From assembly GCA_030612905.1 (NCBI GenBank), contig JAUWNA010000001.1, forward strand, positions 1 to 36,387: a DNA stretch of 36,387 nucleotides, read 5' to 3'. Shown here one piece after another: positions 27,396-36,387 of the stretch. This DNA comes from Promethearchaeota archaeon. Its GTDB lineage: Archaea > Asgardarchaeota > Lokiarchaeia > Sigyniarchaeales > SOKP01. A model generated the notes under the pieces. It was not told where the DNA came from. It did no database searches and saw nothing but the letters and a program-made list of their open reading frames with translations. The position numbers were made by a program, and so were the translations under genes. The first letter of the stretch is position 1; each line of letters begins with the position of its first letter.

Positions 27396-28235
27396 ATGCC
27401 TAAAAGGTTGATGGTTAATATGTTTTTTGTTGAGATTAAATCTTTATTTGAAAGAAAATTAGCTCCGAGAATATATAAGTTTAATTCCGAAAATTACGGG
27501 TTACATTACGGCCAAGTCAGTAAAAAAAAGTATATTAAAAGGATATTGTTTTCAGTTGATTTAAGTTTAGAATCAATTCACTATGCAATCAAAAATAAAA
27601 TTAATCTAATTATTTCCCTTTATGGCCTTATGAATGAACCAATTACTAATTTTAACCAATTACTAATAAACAAATTAACTTTGCTTTCTAAGTATCCAAC
27701 ATTAGTATTTGTACTAAGTTCACCTTTTATTGCAGCAGAAGGTGGAATTTCAGAAACTATTATGGAATCTTTATATTTAAAATTGGATAAACTTTTTAAT
27801 ATTGAGAATGATAAAGGCGAGATCGTTCCTATCGGGAGGATTTGCTTACCAGACTTATACACAGGGACTAAAAGGACATTAAACTTAGACAATTTATTGA
27901 AAAGGATCAAATCAAATTTACAAATAGAAAAAATTTCATTTGTAGGCGAATCAAGTACAGTAATTAATAAAATTTGTATTGTAGGAGGGGAAATAACGGA
28001 TTTAAATTACTTAAGAAAAGCTTTAAAGCATGGATGTGATTGCTATATTTCAGGAAATATGAACCATAATTTTGCAGATTACGCGAGAGAATCAGGTTTA
28101 AACTTAATTCAAATACCTCTTTACAATTGTCAAATGATAGCATTGAGAAAATTGTATAATTTTTTAAGTTTAGAATTTCCACACGACGAGTTCTACTTTT
28201 ATGATGCCAAAAATCCTATTAAAATTCACAATTAA
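27396..28235 (+). CDS. NIF3-family (GTP cyclohydrolase 1 type 2 homolog / DUF34) protein
   Basis: ENYGLHYG near the N-terminus, KRILFSVDLSLESIHYAIKNKINLIIS, and a C-terminal CDCYISGNMNHNFA motif, with NIF3-like length and layout. The true start may be an internal ATG (27411 or 27420). Confidence 0.6.
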   Translation: MPKRLMVNMFFVEIKSLFERKLAPRIYKFNSENYGLHYGQVSKKKYIKRILFSVDLSLESIHYAIKNKINLIISLYGLMNEPITNFNQLLINKLTLLSKYPTLVFVLSSPFIAAEGGISETIMESLYLKLDKLFNIENDKGEIVPIGRICLPDLYTGTKRTLNLDNLLKRIKSNLQIEKISFVGESSTVINKICIVGGEITDLNYLRKALKHGCDCYISGNMNHNFADYARESGLNLIQIPLYNCQMIALRKLYNFLSLEFPHDEFYFYDAKNPIKIHN

Positions 28236-28388
28236 ACGGGATTTCTAATTTTTATCTTAAAATTAAGGATGAAATAATACCAAAAAGAATCCATTAGAAA
28301 TTAATAATAAATTAAATTTAAATGGTTAAAATTTTACCTTCTTTTTAGTTTTAATATAAAATAAAATTTTTTAAAGAGATGAAAAATA

Positions 28389-28970
28389 TTGGTATTACTT
28401 GAATATAACGGAAGAAGTCCTAAAATCAGCAGTAATTGTTATGTATCTCCACTTGCTACTTTAATAGGCGATGTCACTGTAAATGATAATGCTATTATAT
28501 GGCCTGGCTCTATTATACGTGCTGAAAACTCTAAAATTAACATTGGAGAGTACACTACTGTATTTAATGGTGTTATGATGTTTACAAGATCCCAAAAAAG
28601 CTCAATTCATATTGGACGATATTGCATTATTGAGTCGGGAGTTACCATTTTAGGGTGCTTTATGGAAGATTATGTTCAAATTATGGAAGGTACTCTTATT
28701 TATGAAGAATGTTCAATTGGTGAAGGCTCAATAATTATCAACAAAAGCCAAATTCCCCCAGGATTAATAATTCCTGCTAGATCTGTATTACGTGGAATTC
28801 CTGTTGAGCCAATACGAGAACAATCTCGCAACGAAGTTCTAAAACAAAAGGATAAAGCAGAACATTATTCTCAACTATTTATAAAGATCAAAGAACAGCT
28901 TCCTAATGCTCAAAGCTATTTAATAACCCTTCCAGATTTTATTAAACTCCTTCTGAAAAAAGAATTTTAA
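28389..28970 (+). CDS. Gamma-carbonic-anhydrase-like left-handed beta-helix (hexapeptide repeat) protein
   Basis: PKISSNCYVSPLATLIGDVTVNDNAIIWPGSIIRAE...INIGEYTTVFNGVMM...IHIGRYCIIESGVTILG. TTG start. Confidence 0.8.
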   Translation: MVLLEYNGRSPKISSNCYVSPLATLIGDVTVNDNAIIWPGSIIRAENSKINIGEYTTVFNGVMMFTRSQKSSIHIGRYCIIESGVTILGCFMEDYVQIMEGTLIYEECSIGEGSIIINKSQIPPGLIIPARSVLRGIPVEPIREQSRNEVLKQKDKAEHYSQLFIKIKEQLPNAQSYLITLPDFIKLLLKKEF

Positions 28971-28984
28971 AAGAAAGAAAAAAA

Positions 28985-29878
28985 TTATATTTTAATGTTT
29001 AATTTATTTATCAATTCTTTATACCTAGAACGAAGAGTCACTTCTGTGACTCCTACAACATTAGCAATTTCTTTTTGAGAAATCCTTTTGTCTTTCTTTT
29101 TACATACTAAATATAATGATCCTGCGCACAAACCTTTTGGATCTTTGCCACTTGTCGAATATTTTGAAATAAAAGACTGTAAAACTTTTATTGCTGTTTT
29201 TTCAGTTTCGGCGCCTAATCCCAATTCAGCAATATACCTTGGTATAAGAGAAATCGGATCAGTAGAAGGCACTTTCAAATTTAATTCTCTTATTAATGTT
29301 CTGTAACATCTTCTTACATTTTTTGCATTAATAGATGTTTCATCTAATATCTCTTGAAGAGTTCTTGGAATCCTTCTTTCTCTACAAGCGAAGTATAGGC
29401 AAGCGGCAACCATCCCATTTATTGATCTGCCGCGTAATAATTTTCTCTTAAATGCTTCAATATACAACCTAATGGCTGCTTTTTTTACATGAATCGGTAA
29501 ATTTAAATTACTTCCTATTCTTTTTAACTCAGTTGTGGCGATTAGCATATTCCTTTTATCCCACGTCATGCGAGAATTCCATTTTGCAGCCCTTTTTAAA
29601 TCAGGATTTGTTATATTATTTTTATCAATAATAGTACTTAGACCCATATCAGGCAACAAAATAGAGATTGGAGATCCCGTCCTTTCCCTTCTTTCTTTTT
29701 CTTGCTTTGTAAAAGCCCTTTTACCGCTATGAGCTGTATCCAAAATTCTTTCGCTTATAACTAACCCACATTGACGACATACGATCTCTCCCTTTTCTTG
29801 AATTGAAATTGTCTTTCCTCCACATTCTGGACATAAATTTGATAAATCTCTAACTTCAGATTTTATTTCCATATTCAA
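28985..29878 (-). CDS. tfb: Transcription initiation factor TFB (TFIIB homolog), canonical copy
   Basis: CPECGGKTISIQEKGEIVCRQCGLVISE zinc ribbon, B-linker, and two cyclin repeats (AACLYFACRERRIPRTLQEI and AGSLYLVCKKKDKRISQKEIANVVGVTEVTLR). Confidence 0.93.
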   Translation of the reverse strand: MNMEIKSEVRDLSNLCPECGGKTISIQEKGEIVCRQCGLVISERILDTAHSGKRAFTKQEKERRERTGSPISILLPDMGLSTIIDKNNITNPDLKRAAKWNSRMTWDKRNMLIATTELKRIGSNLNLPIHVKKAAIRLYIEAFKRKLLRGRSINGMVAACLYFACRERRIPRTLQEILDETSINAKNVRRCYRTLIRELNLKVPSTDPISLIPRYIAELGLGAETEKTAIKVLQSFISKYSTSGKDPKGLCAGSLYLVCKKKDKRISQKEIANVVGVTEVTLRSRYKELINKLNIKI

Positions 29879-30076
29879 AACCTCTTTGTAAAAAAATAAT
29901 TCTCAAACTAAATATTAAAACTACTAAATTCCCATGTAAACTAACTGAAAAACGCATAAATTGAAAATCTAAATTTCTTGTGACTGAAAATTGATTTCTT
30001 CCTTGAATGCAAATTATTTATATCCACCTTAGATATATAAATCTTTCGATCAAAATTATATGCTGTCTACAATATC

Positions 30077-30688
30077 CTACAGCATTAATGGCATAAATGT
30101 TGTAAATCCAAAAATTATAACACCTGAAATAGATATAACCAAATGCTTCATAGTTTGTCTAGGATGCTTACTTTTATATATAAGATACCAAATAGAAAGT
30201 ATTAGATGAAGCGTGAAGAAAAAAGAAGCCATAGCAACAATATAATAAAGCGTTTTTTCATGTGGATAAATTGCTGAATGAATATCAGTTATTCTATTCG
30301 TGATGTAAGGATCTATATCAGTAAGAGTTATGAAATTAAAAATAAGCCTATCCGGGAGTGGTTCAAAAGCCCATATTAAAAAATATATAAGGTAATTAAA
30401 GAGTATCCCACAAGCTAGAATAATGTAAGCGCTCCCTATAATTAATCTTGGTTTTGTGAGTAAACTTTTCTTATCTTTATTATTCTCTGAAGTTATTAAT
30501 CTTGATTTGAAATAAAATCCTCTTAACTTTAATAAAGTTAAAATTCCACACATCAGCAAGATCAGAACAAAAATAAATTTAATCAATTTGAAATATATTA
30601 TTGCGTATTTGTTAAATTCTATACACCATACTTCTAAGGGATTTACGATATCTCCAAATAAATCCTCTAAACGAAGAGAAGAGTCCAT
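30077..30688 (-). CDS. Hypothetical polytopic membrane protein, 203 aa
   Basis: Four to five hydrophobic segments. No family recognised. Confidence 0.55.
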   Translation of the reverse strand: MDSSLRLEDLFGDIVNPLEVWCIEFNKYAIIYFKLIKFIFVLILLMCGILTLLKLRGFYFKSRLITSENNKDKKSLLTKPRLIIGSAYIILACGILFNYLIYFLIWAFEPLPDRLIFNFITLTDIDPYITNRITDIHSAIYPHEKTLYYIVAMASFFFTLHLILSIWYLIYKSKHPRQTMKHLVISISGVIIFGFTTFMPLML

Positions 30689-30800
30689 CTAATAATAATT
30701 TAATCTATTCATAAAAAAACTACACGCATAAGATATAGAATTTTTAAATTTAAAAAATTGAATTCGTTTTTTGGTCCTATATTCAAATTCTAAGGGTGAT

Positions 30801-31241
30801 CTACAGGATTTTTTCACACTCTTGATTTATTTCTTTTATTGTGGAAACGAAATCTTGCCACCAGTCTTGACCTTGTTGGACAACAAGCATAGAGTCTGTT
30901 TTTCTCGAATCTAGACATCTAATTTCCTCTTTTTGATCTTTGACTTTTTCTTTCCATATTTGACTAAAAATATTTTGCAAGTTTATCTTCACTTTCTTAA
31001 TTAGCTCTTCATAAGTTACAGAAACGTCCTCTTTTTTTTGAAGCTTCTGAAGCTGGTCAAATTTAATTTTTTCTTTAGCCCTATTTAAATCGCCACAGTT
31101 TATCGTTATCGAGAAAGACTCTGTTTTCCCATATTTACAAAACTTTTGGATTTCACATGGTGAACAATAACTCTCAAAACTTATTAGATAATCCTCTAAC
31201 CCAATAATAGAATAGTTTAAAATATTTGACATTAAATTCAC
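30801..31241 (-). CDS. Hypothetical protein, 146 aa
   Basis: ORF only. Cys pairs in the N-terminal part (CSPCEIQKFC), helical and charged C-terminal half. Confidence 0.5.
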   Translation of the reverse strand: MNLMSNILNYSIIGLEDYLISFESYCSPCEIQKFCKYGKTESFSITINCGDLNRAKEKIKFDQLQKLQKKEDVSVTYEELIKKVKINLQNIFSQIWKEKVKDQKEEIRCLDSRKTDSMLVVQQGQDWWQDFVSTIKEINQECEKIL

Positions 31242-31388
31242 TTTTTAAGATTATTATTAAAAAGTATGCTCTTTATTCTATTAAAATTTGAGGCTTTAGA
31301 ACCCAAAATTTTTTTAAATATCTAATCTTTAAGTAAATATTAAAAAACCAAATTTTATGAAATTTATGGAATTTGGCGAAATAAGCTC

Positions 31389-31462
31389 GGGAGAGTGGCT
31401 TAGCCTGGTATAGCGCACGGCTGATAACCGTGAGGTCGGGGGTTCGAAGCCCCCCTTTCCCA
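31389..31462 (+). tRNA. tRNA-Ile (anticodon GAU)
   Basis: Acceptor GGGAGAG/CTTTCCC (one G-U pair) plus discriminator A. Anticodon stem CACGG/CCGTG with loop CTGATAA. T-arm GGGGG-TTCGAAG-CCCCC. 74 nt, no intron, no encoded CCA. Confidence 0.9.
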
Positions 31463-31674
31463 TTTTAAGACTAACTGTTATTATGGTATCTTCTCTAACG
31501 AAATATTAAATGTTTAATGAACTAATTTTAGATTTTTAATTTTTCCAAAATATTATTTTTTAAATCTCTACCAATTAAATAAAATGTAAAATTCAAATTT
31601 TTATTTAAATACTTTTAAGACACTTGTAAAATTATCAACTTCTTTAAAACGAAAAATAATTATCTGGTTAAAAA

Positions 31675-32879
31675 ATGAAAAAAATAACGAATTTTGAGGA
31701 AGAATTTTTACCACTACCGCTCCGAATTGACAAACATATCAAGGGATATGTTGATTTTTATTATGGACATGAAAAGATTCGTCAAATTGTTGACAATGAA
31801 TCTATAACCTCGCCAAATAAACTATTAATTGATTGTAAAGCTTTAATAAAGCAACTAGGAGCACAAGGTTACGATAAGAATCGTGAGCGATACCTAAAAA
31901 AAATGCTTACGGAAATGAGGACTTCAATAGAATTATTAAACGGAGTCGAAATGTCAATAAAAGATCAATTTTTAAAACTTTATGATGTAGCTTTACAGCC
32001 TGCTAATCAGAACTGAAAAACTTAAAAAAGGAGTATGACGAAGCATACGGTGGTCCTGGAACTTTAGAAGAGCGTTTGGATAAATTAAGAGTGACTCGAA
32101 GAGTTCCCGAAGCTAGAGTATTAGTTTTGTTTAAAAACGCGCTTAATATTGTAAAAAAACAGACTAATATATTATTCCCTAATCTTCTACCTAAAAAAGA
32201 ACACATTTCTATAGATTTGGTAGTAAAAACAAATGATGAAATAAAATGGTCTTTCTATAATTGGTACCTAGGTAATTACCATTCCCGAATAGAAGTCAAC
32301 CCAAAGTATGCTATGTATTGGACTTCATTTCTATCTGCTGCGAGTCATGAAGGATATCCAGGGCACCACACAGAATTTATTCTTAATGAAAAAAAATTAT
32401 ATCGTGAACTGAATCAATTTGAGCATTCTATCTTAATCCTCCATTCTCCCAAAATGATCATTTCCGAAGGAATTGCAAATTTAGCAAATTCCATGCTTTA
32501 TTCAAACAAGAAATCTGCAGAAATTGGCTTGAGAGAATTTTGTACAGATATATCAGAAGAAGCATCCCTTGAAAAGATTATATTGCAAAATAAATTAAAA
32601 ACTAAAATACCTATCTTTTGGTATAATTTTGCATATCATGCGGTAGTCGATAAGTATAGTGAAGAAGAACTTATTCAATATGGTAAAGATGTCGAACTAT
32701 TTAATGAGGATGTTCTAAAAATAGAATTAAAACGGTTATCTACTCCCGCTTATTCAAAAAACGCTTTTTTATATAATCTTGGCACAAATATCATAAGGAA
32801 AAAATACGGCAAAACACCCTCTGTTAAGGAGTTTCGAGATTTGCTCGTGAACCCAACTCTACCTTCTGACTTAATTTAA
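31675..32879 (+). pseudogene. DUF885-like putative metallopeptidase split by a frameshift near 32005-32016
   Basis: The upstream frame ends ...DVALQPANQN-stop at 32016. The downstream frame is already open from 32007 and reads SELKNLKKEYDEAYGGPGTLEERLDKLRV before the track's TTG at 32076, so the two ORFs join with a -1 shift. The downstream part carries SHEGYPGHHTEF, the HE-x2-PGHH motif I associate with DUF885. Confidence 0.6.
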
Positions 32880-33374
32880 AAGCATTTATAACAATTTTAT
32901 TAACTGATTATGGAATTTCAGCAGAATAAAGTCCCAGAATCAACGATTTTATCGAAGATTCCAAAATTAAATAGTAATGCACCTATTTTAAAAAGGTAAA
33001 TAAATGGATCGATGTCTTCCATATTTATTCATTTCTAAATAATTATTGAAGTTTAAATAAAAAAGGTGAAAATTAGTTAATGAAAAGATGAAAAAAATTT
33101 CCATCTTTTGTTTAAGTTTATAAAAAAATCTTCCATATTTAAATTTTAGGTGATTGTAATGCCCGGTCAAGGTTATATTAATCCATAATTAGGTGCTGCT
33201 TATAAGAGCTCTTTATTTTTATGCTCTAAATAAGCCCACCATTTACTTTTCTTTTTTTTAGCAAGGAATTTTCTTATCTGAGTTTATTTGAAGTAAATTA
33301 AATTTTAAGATATTTTTTCTATTTTATTAGTAAAAATTATTTTATATTTCATAGTAGATTATATTTAATAGAAT

Positions 33375-33968
33375 ATGAAAATTTTAGTGGTCTCTGGCAC
33401 ACCAGGAACGGGAAAAACTACTGTTTCAAATAACATCGCTAATTACCTTAAAGTTAAAGTAATTAGTTTAAATGAATTAGCAATTTCAGAAAATTTAATA
33501 ATAGATTACGACAGTAAAAGAGAAACATCTATTATAAATAGCAGTAAATTAATTCCTTTTTTGATTAAGTTAATAGAAAAATATAGAAAAGAAAATTTTG
33601 ATTTTTTAATAATTGAAAGTCATTTTTCAGACATCGTTCCTGAACGACATATCGATTGGGTCATAATATTGAGGTGTGATCCGGACGAATTATCTATAAG
33701 GTTAAAAAAAAGAGGATATAAAATAGAAAAAATTAGAGAAAATGTTCAATCAGAAATTTTAGGAAACTGCGTAAATTTCTTTATAAATAAACAATTAGAT
33801 ACGCCTATATTAGAAATGGATACAACAAAAATAAATATTGAATCAATAACTAAAATGATTATGGATATTATTCTAAAAGAAAAAGATTTAGAAAAGTATT
33901 ACGCAGGAAATGTGGACTGGTTAGAAAAATTATTTCAAGAAAACCGTTTACAAAAATTTTTTGATTGA
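33375..33968 (+). CDS. Adenylate kinase isoenzyme 6 / Fap7-type NTPase (small-subunit ribosome maturation)
   Basis: MKILVVSGTPGTGKTTVS P-loop, LIIESHFSD, VIILRCDPDELSIRLKKRGYKIEKIRENVQSEILG. Confidence 0.8.
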   Translation: MKILVVSGTPGTGKTTVSNNIANYLKVKVISLNELAISENLIIDYDSKRETSIINSSKLIPFLIKLIEKYRKENFDFLIIESHFSDIVPERHIDWVIILRCDPDELSIRLKKRGYKIEKIRENVQSEILGNCVNFFINKQLDTPILEMDTTKINIESITKMIMDIILKEKDLEKYYAGNVDWLEKLFQENRLQKFFD

Positions 33969-33984
33969 TTTTTTTTAGAAGTGA

Positions 33985-35637
33985 TTGAATGTGAAATTTG
34001 AAATAAATGATATCGATGCATTAGCGCGTTTAGGTAGCATTAAATTAAACAATAAAGAGATGCTTACTCCTAATTTATTTCCAGTAGTACATCCTTACAA
34101 AAACATTATTTCCCCTCTCGATTTAAAGAAAATTGGTGCCCAATGTCTTTTTACTAACGCATACATTATTTATAAAAAGGAAAACTTAAGAACTCAAGTT
34201 CTACAGAAAGGAGTTCACGAACATTTAAATTATGATGGAATAATAGCAACCGATAGTGGTGCGTTTCAACAGTATATGTATAATGACGATTCTTTAGATA
34301 TTAATCCGAATAGCATTGAGAAATTTCAAGAAAATATAGGAGCAGATTTTTCTGTTATATTAGATATACCAGTACAATTAGAAGATCACTACGATATTGC
34401 AAAGGAAAAAGTGCTAACTACTATTCAAAGGGCAAAAAGTAATATTTCAAGGAGATCACGCTCAGAGAGCTATTGGTTTGGTCCAATACATGGTGGAAAA
34501 CATTTAGACTTACTGAAAGAAAGTGCTCTGGAAATGAGTAAATTAGATTTTGGAGTCTATGCTATCGGTGGAATTGTAAAAGCGTTTTTAAATTACAGGT
34601 TTGAATTAACCACACAAATGCTCTTGACTGTAAAGAAGTATATTGCTCCCAACAAACCAATTCATATGTTTGGTTTAGGATTACCGCAATATTTTTCTTT
34701 AGCGGTCGCATGTGGTTGTGATTTAATGGATTCGGCAGCATACATATTATTTGCAAAGCAAAATCGTTATTTTACCCTATCAACCGGTACTAAAAAGCTT
34801 GAAGAATTAGAAGAGTTCCCCTGCCATTGCCCTATATGCTCTAAATTTTCCCCAAAAGAGATTAAAAAATTTGAAGATAATTTAAGGATTGAACTACTAG
34901 CAAAACATAACTTATACTTATCCTTCTCTGAATTAAGAACAATTAGACAAGCAATAAGAGAAGGAAATCTATGGGAGTTAGTCGAACAAAGAATCCGTGC
35001 TCATCCTAATTTAGTGAAAGCCGCTAGTCTAATAAAAAAGAATAAACCTTTTTTTGAAGTTTACGAGAAAGTATATAAAAATCATGGAAGGCTTTATACT
35101 TGTACCGAAAGTGTAGATAGACCTTTAATTTATCGATACGAACAAAAAATAATTAACGATTATCGCCCCCCTAAAGAAGTTAAATATCCGATAATTTTTC
35201 CCGAATTGGATGTAAAAGGCAAAAATTCGCCTACCACGAGTAACTGGTTAAATATAATAAATAACAATCAACTTATTCAAAGAAAGAACATCCATTTGGT
35301 TTTTTATTCTATAATTTATGGGATCATTCCATTTGAATTAATTGATACATTTCCAATGGGGCAATACGAATCATGCGATTCCTCCTCTATTAATGATGTT
35401 TTCTATCAAAATTCCATAGAAAGTTCAGAAGCGTTTTTAAAAATTAATTCGAATAATTATAAAAAATGTATCCTTCTGATCCCAGAATTATATCTTAACC
35501 AATTTAACGAATCTACGCAATTCCCAAACAATCATCCAATTAACGGGCTTATAAGCATCGTAAATAGAATATTTGAATCAGACTCTTGTGTGGTTAAACA
35601 TATAGATGATATCTTTCAATATTTAAAGGAAGAATAA
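33985..35637 (+). CDS. tgtA: Archaeosine tRNA-guanine transglycosylase (ArcTGT), apparently without a full PUA domain
   Basis: FEINDIDALARLGSIKL...TPNLFPVV, ATDSGAFQ, YAIGGIV, HMFGLG, zinc site CHCPICSKF. GTGAT at 33981-33985 favours GTG 33991 (MKFEI...) as the real start. 550 aa leaves too few residues after the C1/C2 region for a complete PUA. Confidence 0.88.
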   Translation: MNVKFEINDIDALARLGSIKLNNKEMLTPNLFPVVHPYKNIISPLDLKKIGAQCLFTNAYIIYKKENLRTQVLQKGVHEHLNYDGIIATDSGAFQQYMYNDDSLDINPNSIEKFQENIGADFSVILDIPVQLEDHYDIAKEKVLTTIQRAKSNISRRSRSESYWFGPIHGGKHLDLLKESALEMSKLDFGVYAIGGIVKAFLNYRFELTTQMLLTVKKYIAPNKPIHMFGLGLPQYFSLAVACGCDLMDSAAYILFAKQNRYFTLSTGTKKLEELEEFPCHCPICSKFSPKEIKKFEDNLRIELLAKHNLYLSFSELRTIRQAIREGNLWELVEQRIRAHPNLVKAASLIKKNKPFFEVYEKVYKNHGRLYTCTESVDRPLIYRYEQKIINDYRPPKEVKYPIIFPELDVKGKNSPTTSNWLNIINNNQLIQRKNIHLVFYSIIYGIIPFELIDTFPMGQYESCDSSSINDVFYQNSIESSEAFLKINSNNYKKCILLIPELYLNQFNESTQFPNNHPINGLISIVNRIFESDSCVVKHIDDIFQYLKEE

Positions 35638-35640
35638 GAA

Positions 35641-36072
35641 ATGATTATCTTAGACTCAATCAATGCAATTGGCCATCCCTTTATTCAATGTACCCATAGT
35701 ACAACTATTGAGTTAACTAAGGACGATTATCTTACTAAAGAGGGAACTTGTATTTTGGCTATTAAGGCGTCAAAAGCTTGTTATGATTTAAATCCGGGAT
35801 TGAAGAAAAAAATTAAGAGCGGGGAAAAGATCGATGTCGTAATAAAAGTAGACGATATAGTCGATTCTTTTTATGGTTATGGCAACAGTAACTTAACTTT
35901 ACTAAGTAAAAAAGACTTAGTCTTTCGAAAAAGCAACTATATATGCGATAGAACCATTCTAATAAATTGTACAAAATCCTCAAGGGAATTGAACAGGAAT
36001 ATTATTAACAAATTAACTAATTCTAAGAAACAAATTTCAATACTTTTCAAGGTTAATGATTCTTATGAATAG
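35641..36072 (+). CDS. Conserved archaeal protein, probably DUF371 family, 143 aa
   Basis: AIGHPFIQCTHSTTIELTKDDYLTKEGTCILAIKAS matches my recollection of the DUF371 N-terminal signature (GH-x-N/F-[IV]-x-[AC]-TH-x-TT-x-E-x-TK...GDCI). Starts 3 nt after the tgtA stop. Confidence 0.5.
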   Translation: MIILDSINAIGHPFIQCTHSTTIELTKDDYLTKEGTCILAIKASKACYDLNPGLKKKIKSGEKIDVVIKVDDIVDSFYGYGNSNLTLLSKKDLVFRKSNYICDRTILINCTKSSRELNRNIINKLTNSKKQISILFKVNDSYE

Positions 36073-36387
36073 AACTGGAAAAGAAAACACTCAATTTTTA
36101 AAAATTAAAAAGGATTCTGCTGAAAAATTTCTAAAATTAATTAAAACAAAATTATCAGATGAAAGTATTATAGATAAAAAAAAAAAAGTTATACATAGTG
36201 GAACCTATGTGCTCTTTCCCTTAATAAAGAACGAAAAAAAAGTTAACAATTTGATTGAATGCATAAGAAACGAGTTAATTTTTGAAATTATTAACGCCAA
36301 GGGAGAAATGGATCCAAATTATAAATTTCGTTCCCTTGGAGAAGCTTTAGTAGGCGAATTACCAGAAGATATTATAGATTTAATACC
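36065..36387 (+). CDS. Partial CDS (5' end only, runs off the window): Trm5/Taw2 (Met-10+-like) tRNA methyltransferase N-terminal domain
   Basis: Not in the ORF track because no stop is reached. ATG 36065 overlaps the DUF371 stop by 8 nt, and the frame stays open for 107 codons. MNRTGKENTQFLKIKKDSAEKFLKLIKTKL...IHSGTYVLFPL...LGEALVGELPEDIIDLI resembles the Trm5/Tyw2 N-terminal D1 domain and linker. Confidence 0.5.
   Translation, partial: MNRTGKENTQFLKIKKDSAEKFLKLIKTKLSDESIIDKKKKVIHSGTYVLFPLIKNEKKVNNLIECIRNELIFEIINAKGEMDPNYKFRSLGEALVGELPEDIIDLI

Noticed and set aside
27620-28182. Minus-strand ORFs 27620-27910 and 27964-28182
   Set aside because: Antisense to the NIF3-family gene.
29088-29732. 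Plus-strand ORFs 29088-29306 and 29535-29732
   Set aside because: Antisense to the canonical TFB gene.
32003-32206. 67-aa minus-strand ORF
   Set aside because: Antisense across the frameshift junction of the DUF885-like gene.
32988-33170. 60-aa minus-strand ORF in the long spacer
   Set aside because: Low-complexity Phe/Lys/Asn/Tyr product typical of random AT-rich sequence. No start context or motif.
34562-34756. 64-aa minus-strand ORF
   Set aside because: Antisense to tgtA.

Overview
Strongly AT-rich archaeal chromosomal window. No homology search was possible, so every family call rests on motifs read from the translations. Archaeal markers are the 5' end of an archaeal 16S rRNA (minus strand, cut by the left edge), two TFIIB-type factors, Orc1/Cdc6, class I LysRS, ABCE1, eS17, uL3-uL4-uL23 and archaeosine tRNA-guanine transglycosylase. 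There are two tRNAs: tRNA-Ile(GAU), and tRNA-Glu(CUC) carrying a roughly 35-nt intron at a non-canonical D-arm position. Most of the window is housekeeping, and I saw no CRISPR array, transposase/integrase or recognisable defence gene. The least explained part is 0.9-4.6 kb. It holds an operon of a tandem Roadblock/LC7 (MglB-like) protein, an unrecognised 298-aa protein and an MglA-type small GTPase. A small wHTH gene and a second MglA-type paralog follow, converging on the operon. Components of a type IV pilus-like system are scattered across the window: an A24 prepilin peptidase behind a T15 tract that separates it from its likely ATG, a 728-aa secretion ATPase with a Cys-rich N-terminal extension, a FlaJ/TadC-like platform protein, and a Flp-like class III signal-peptide pilin. 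Other points of note are a V4R (Bet3/TRAPP-like fold) protein, a ribosomal cluster that stops after uL23 and meets a convergent 378-aa orphan, a frameshifted DUF885-like gene, and a tgtA-DUF371-Trm5-like operon. The mix of Roadblock, MglA-type GTPases, V4R and long intergenic spacers would fit an Asgard (Lokiarchaeia-like) genome. That lineage call is inference only.
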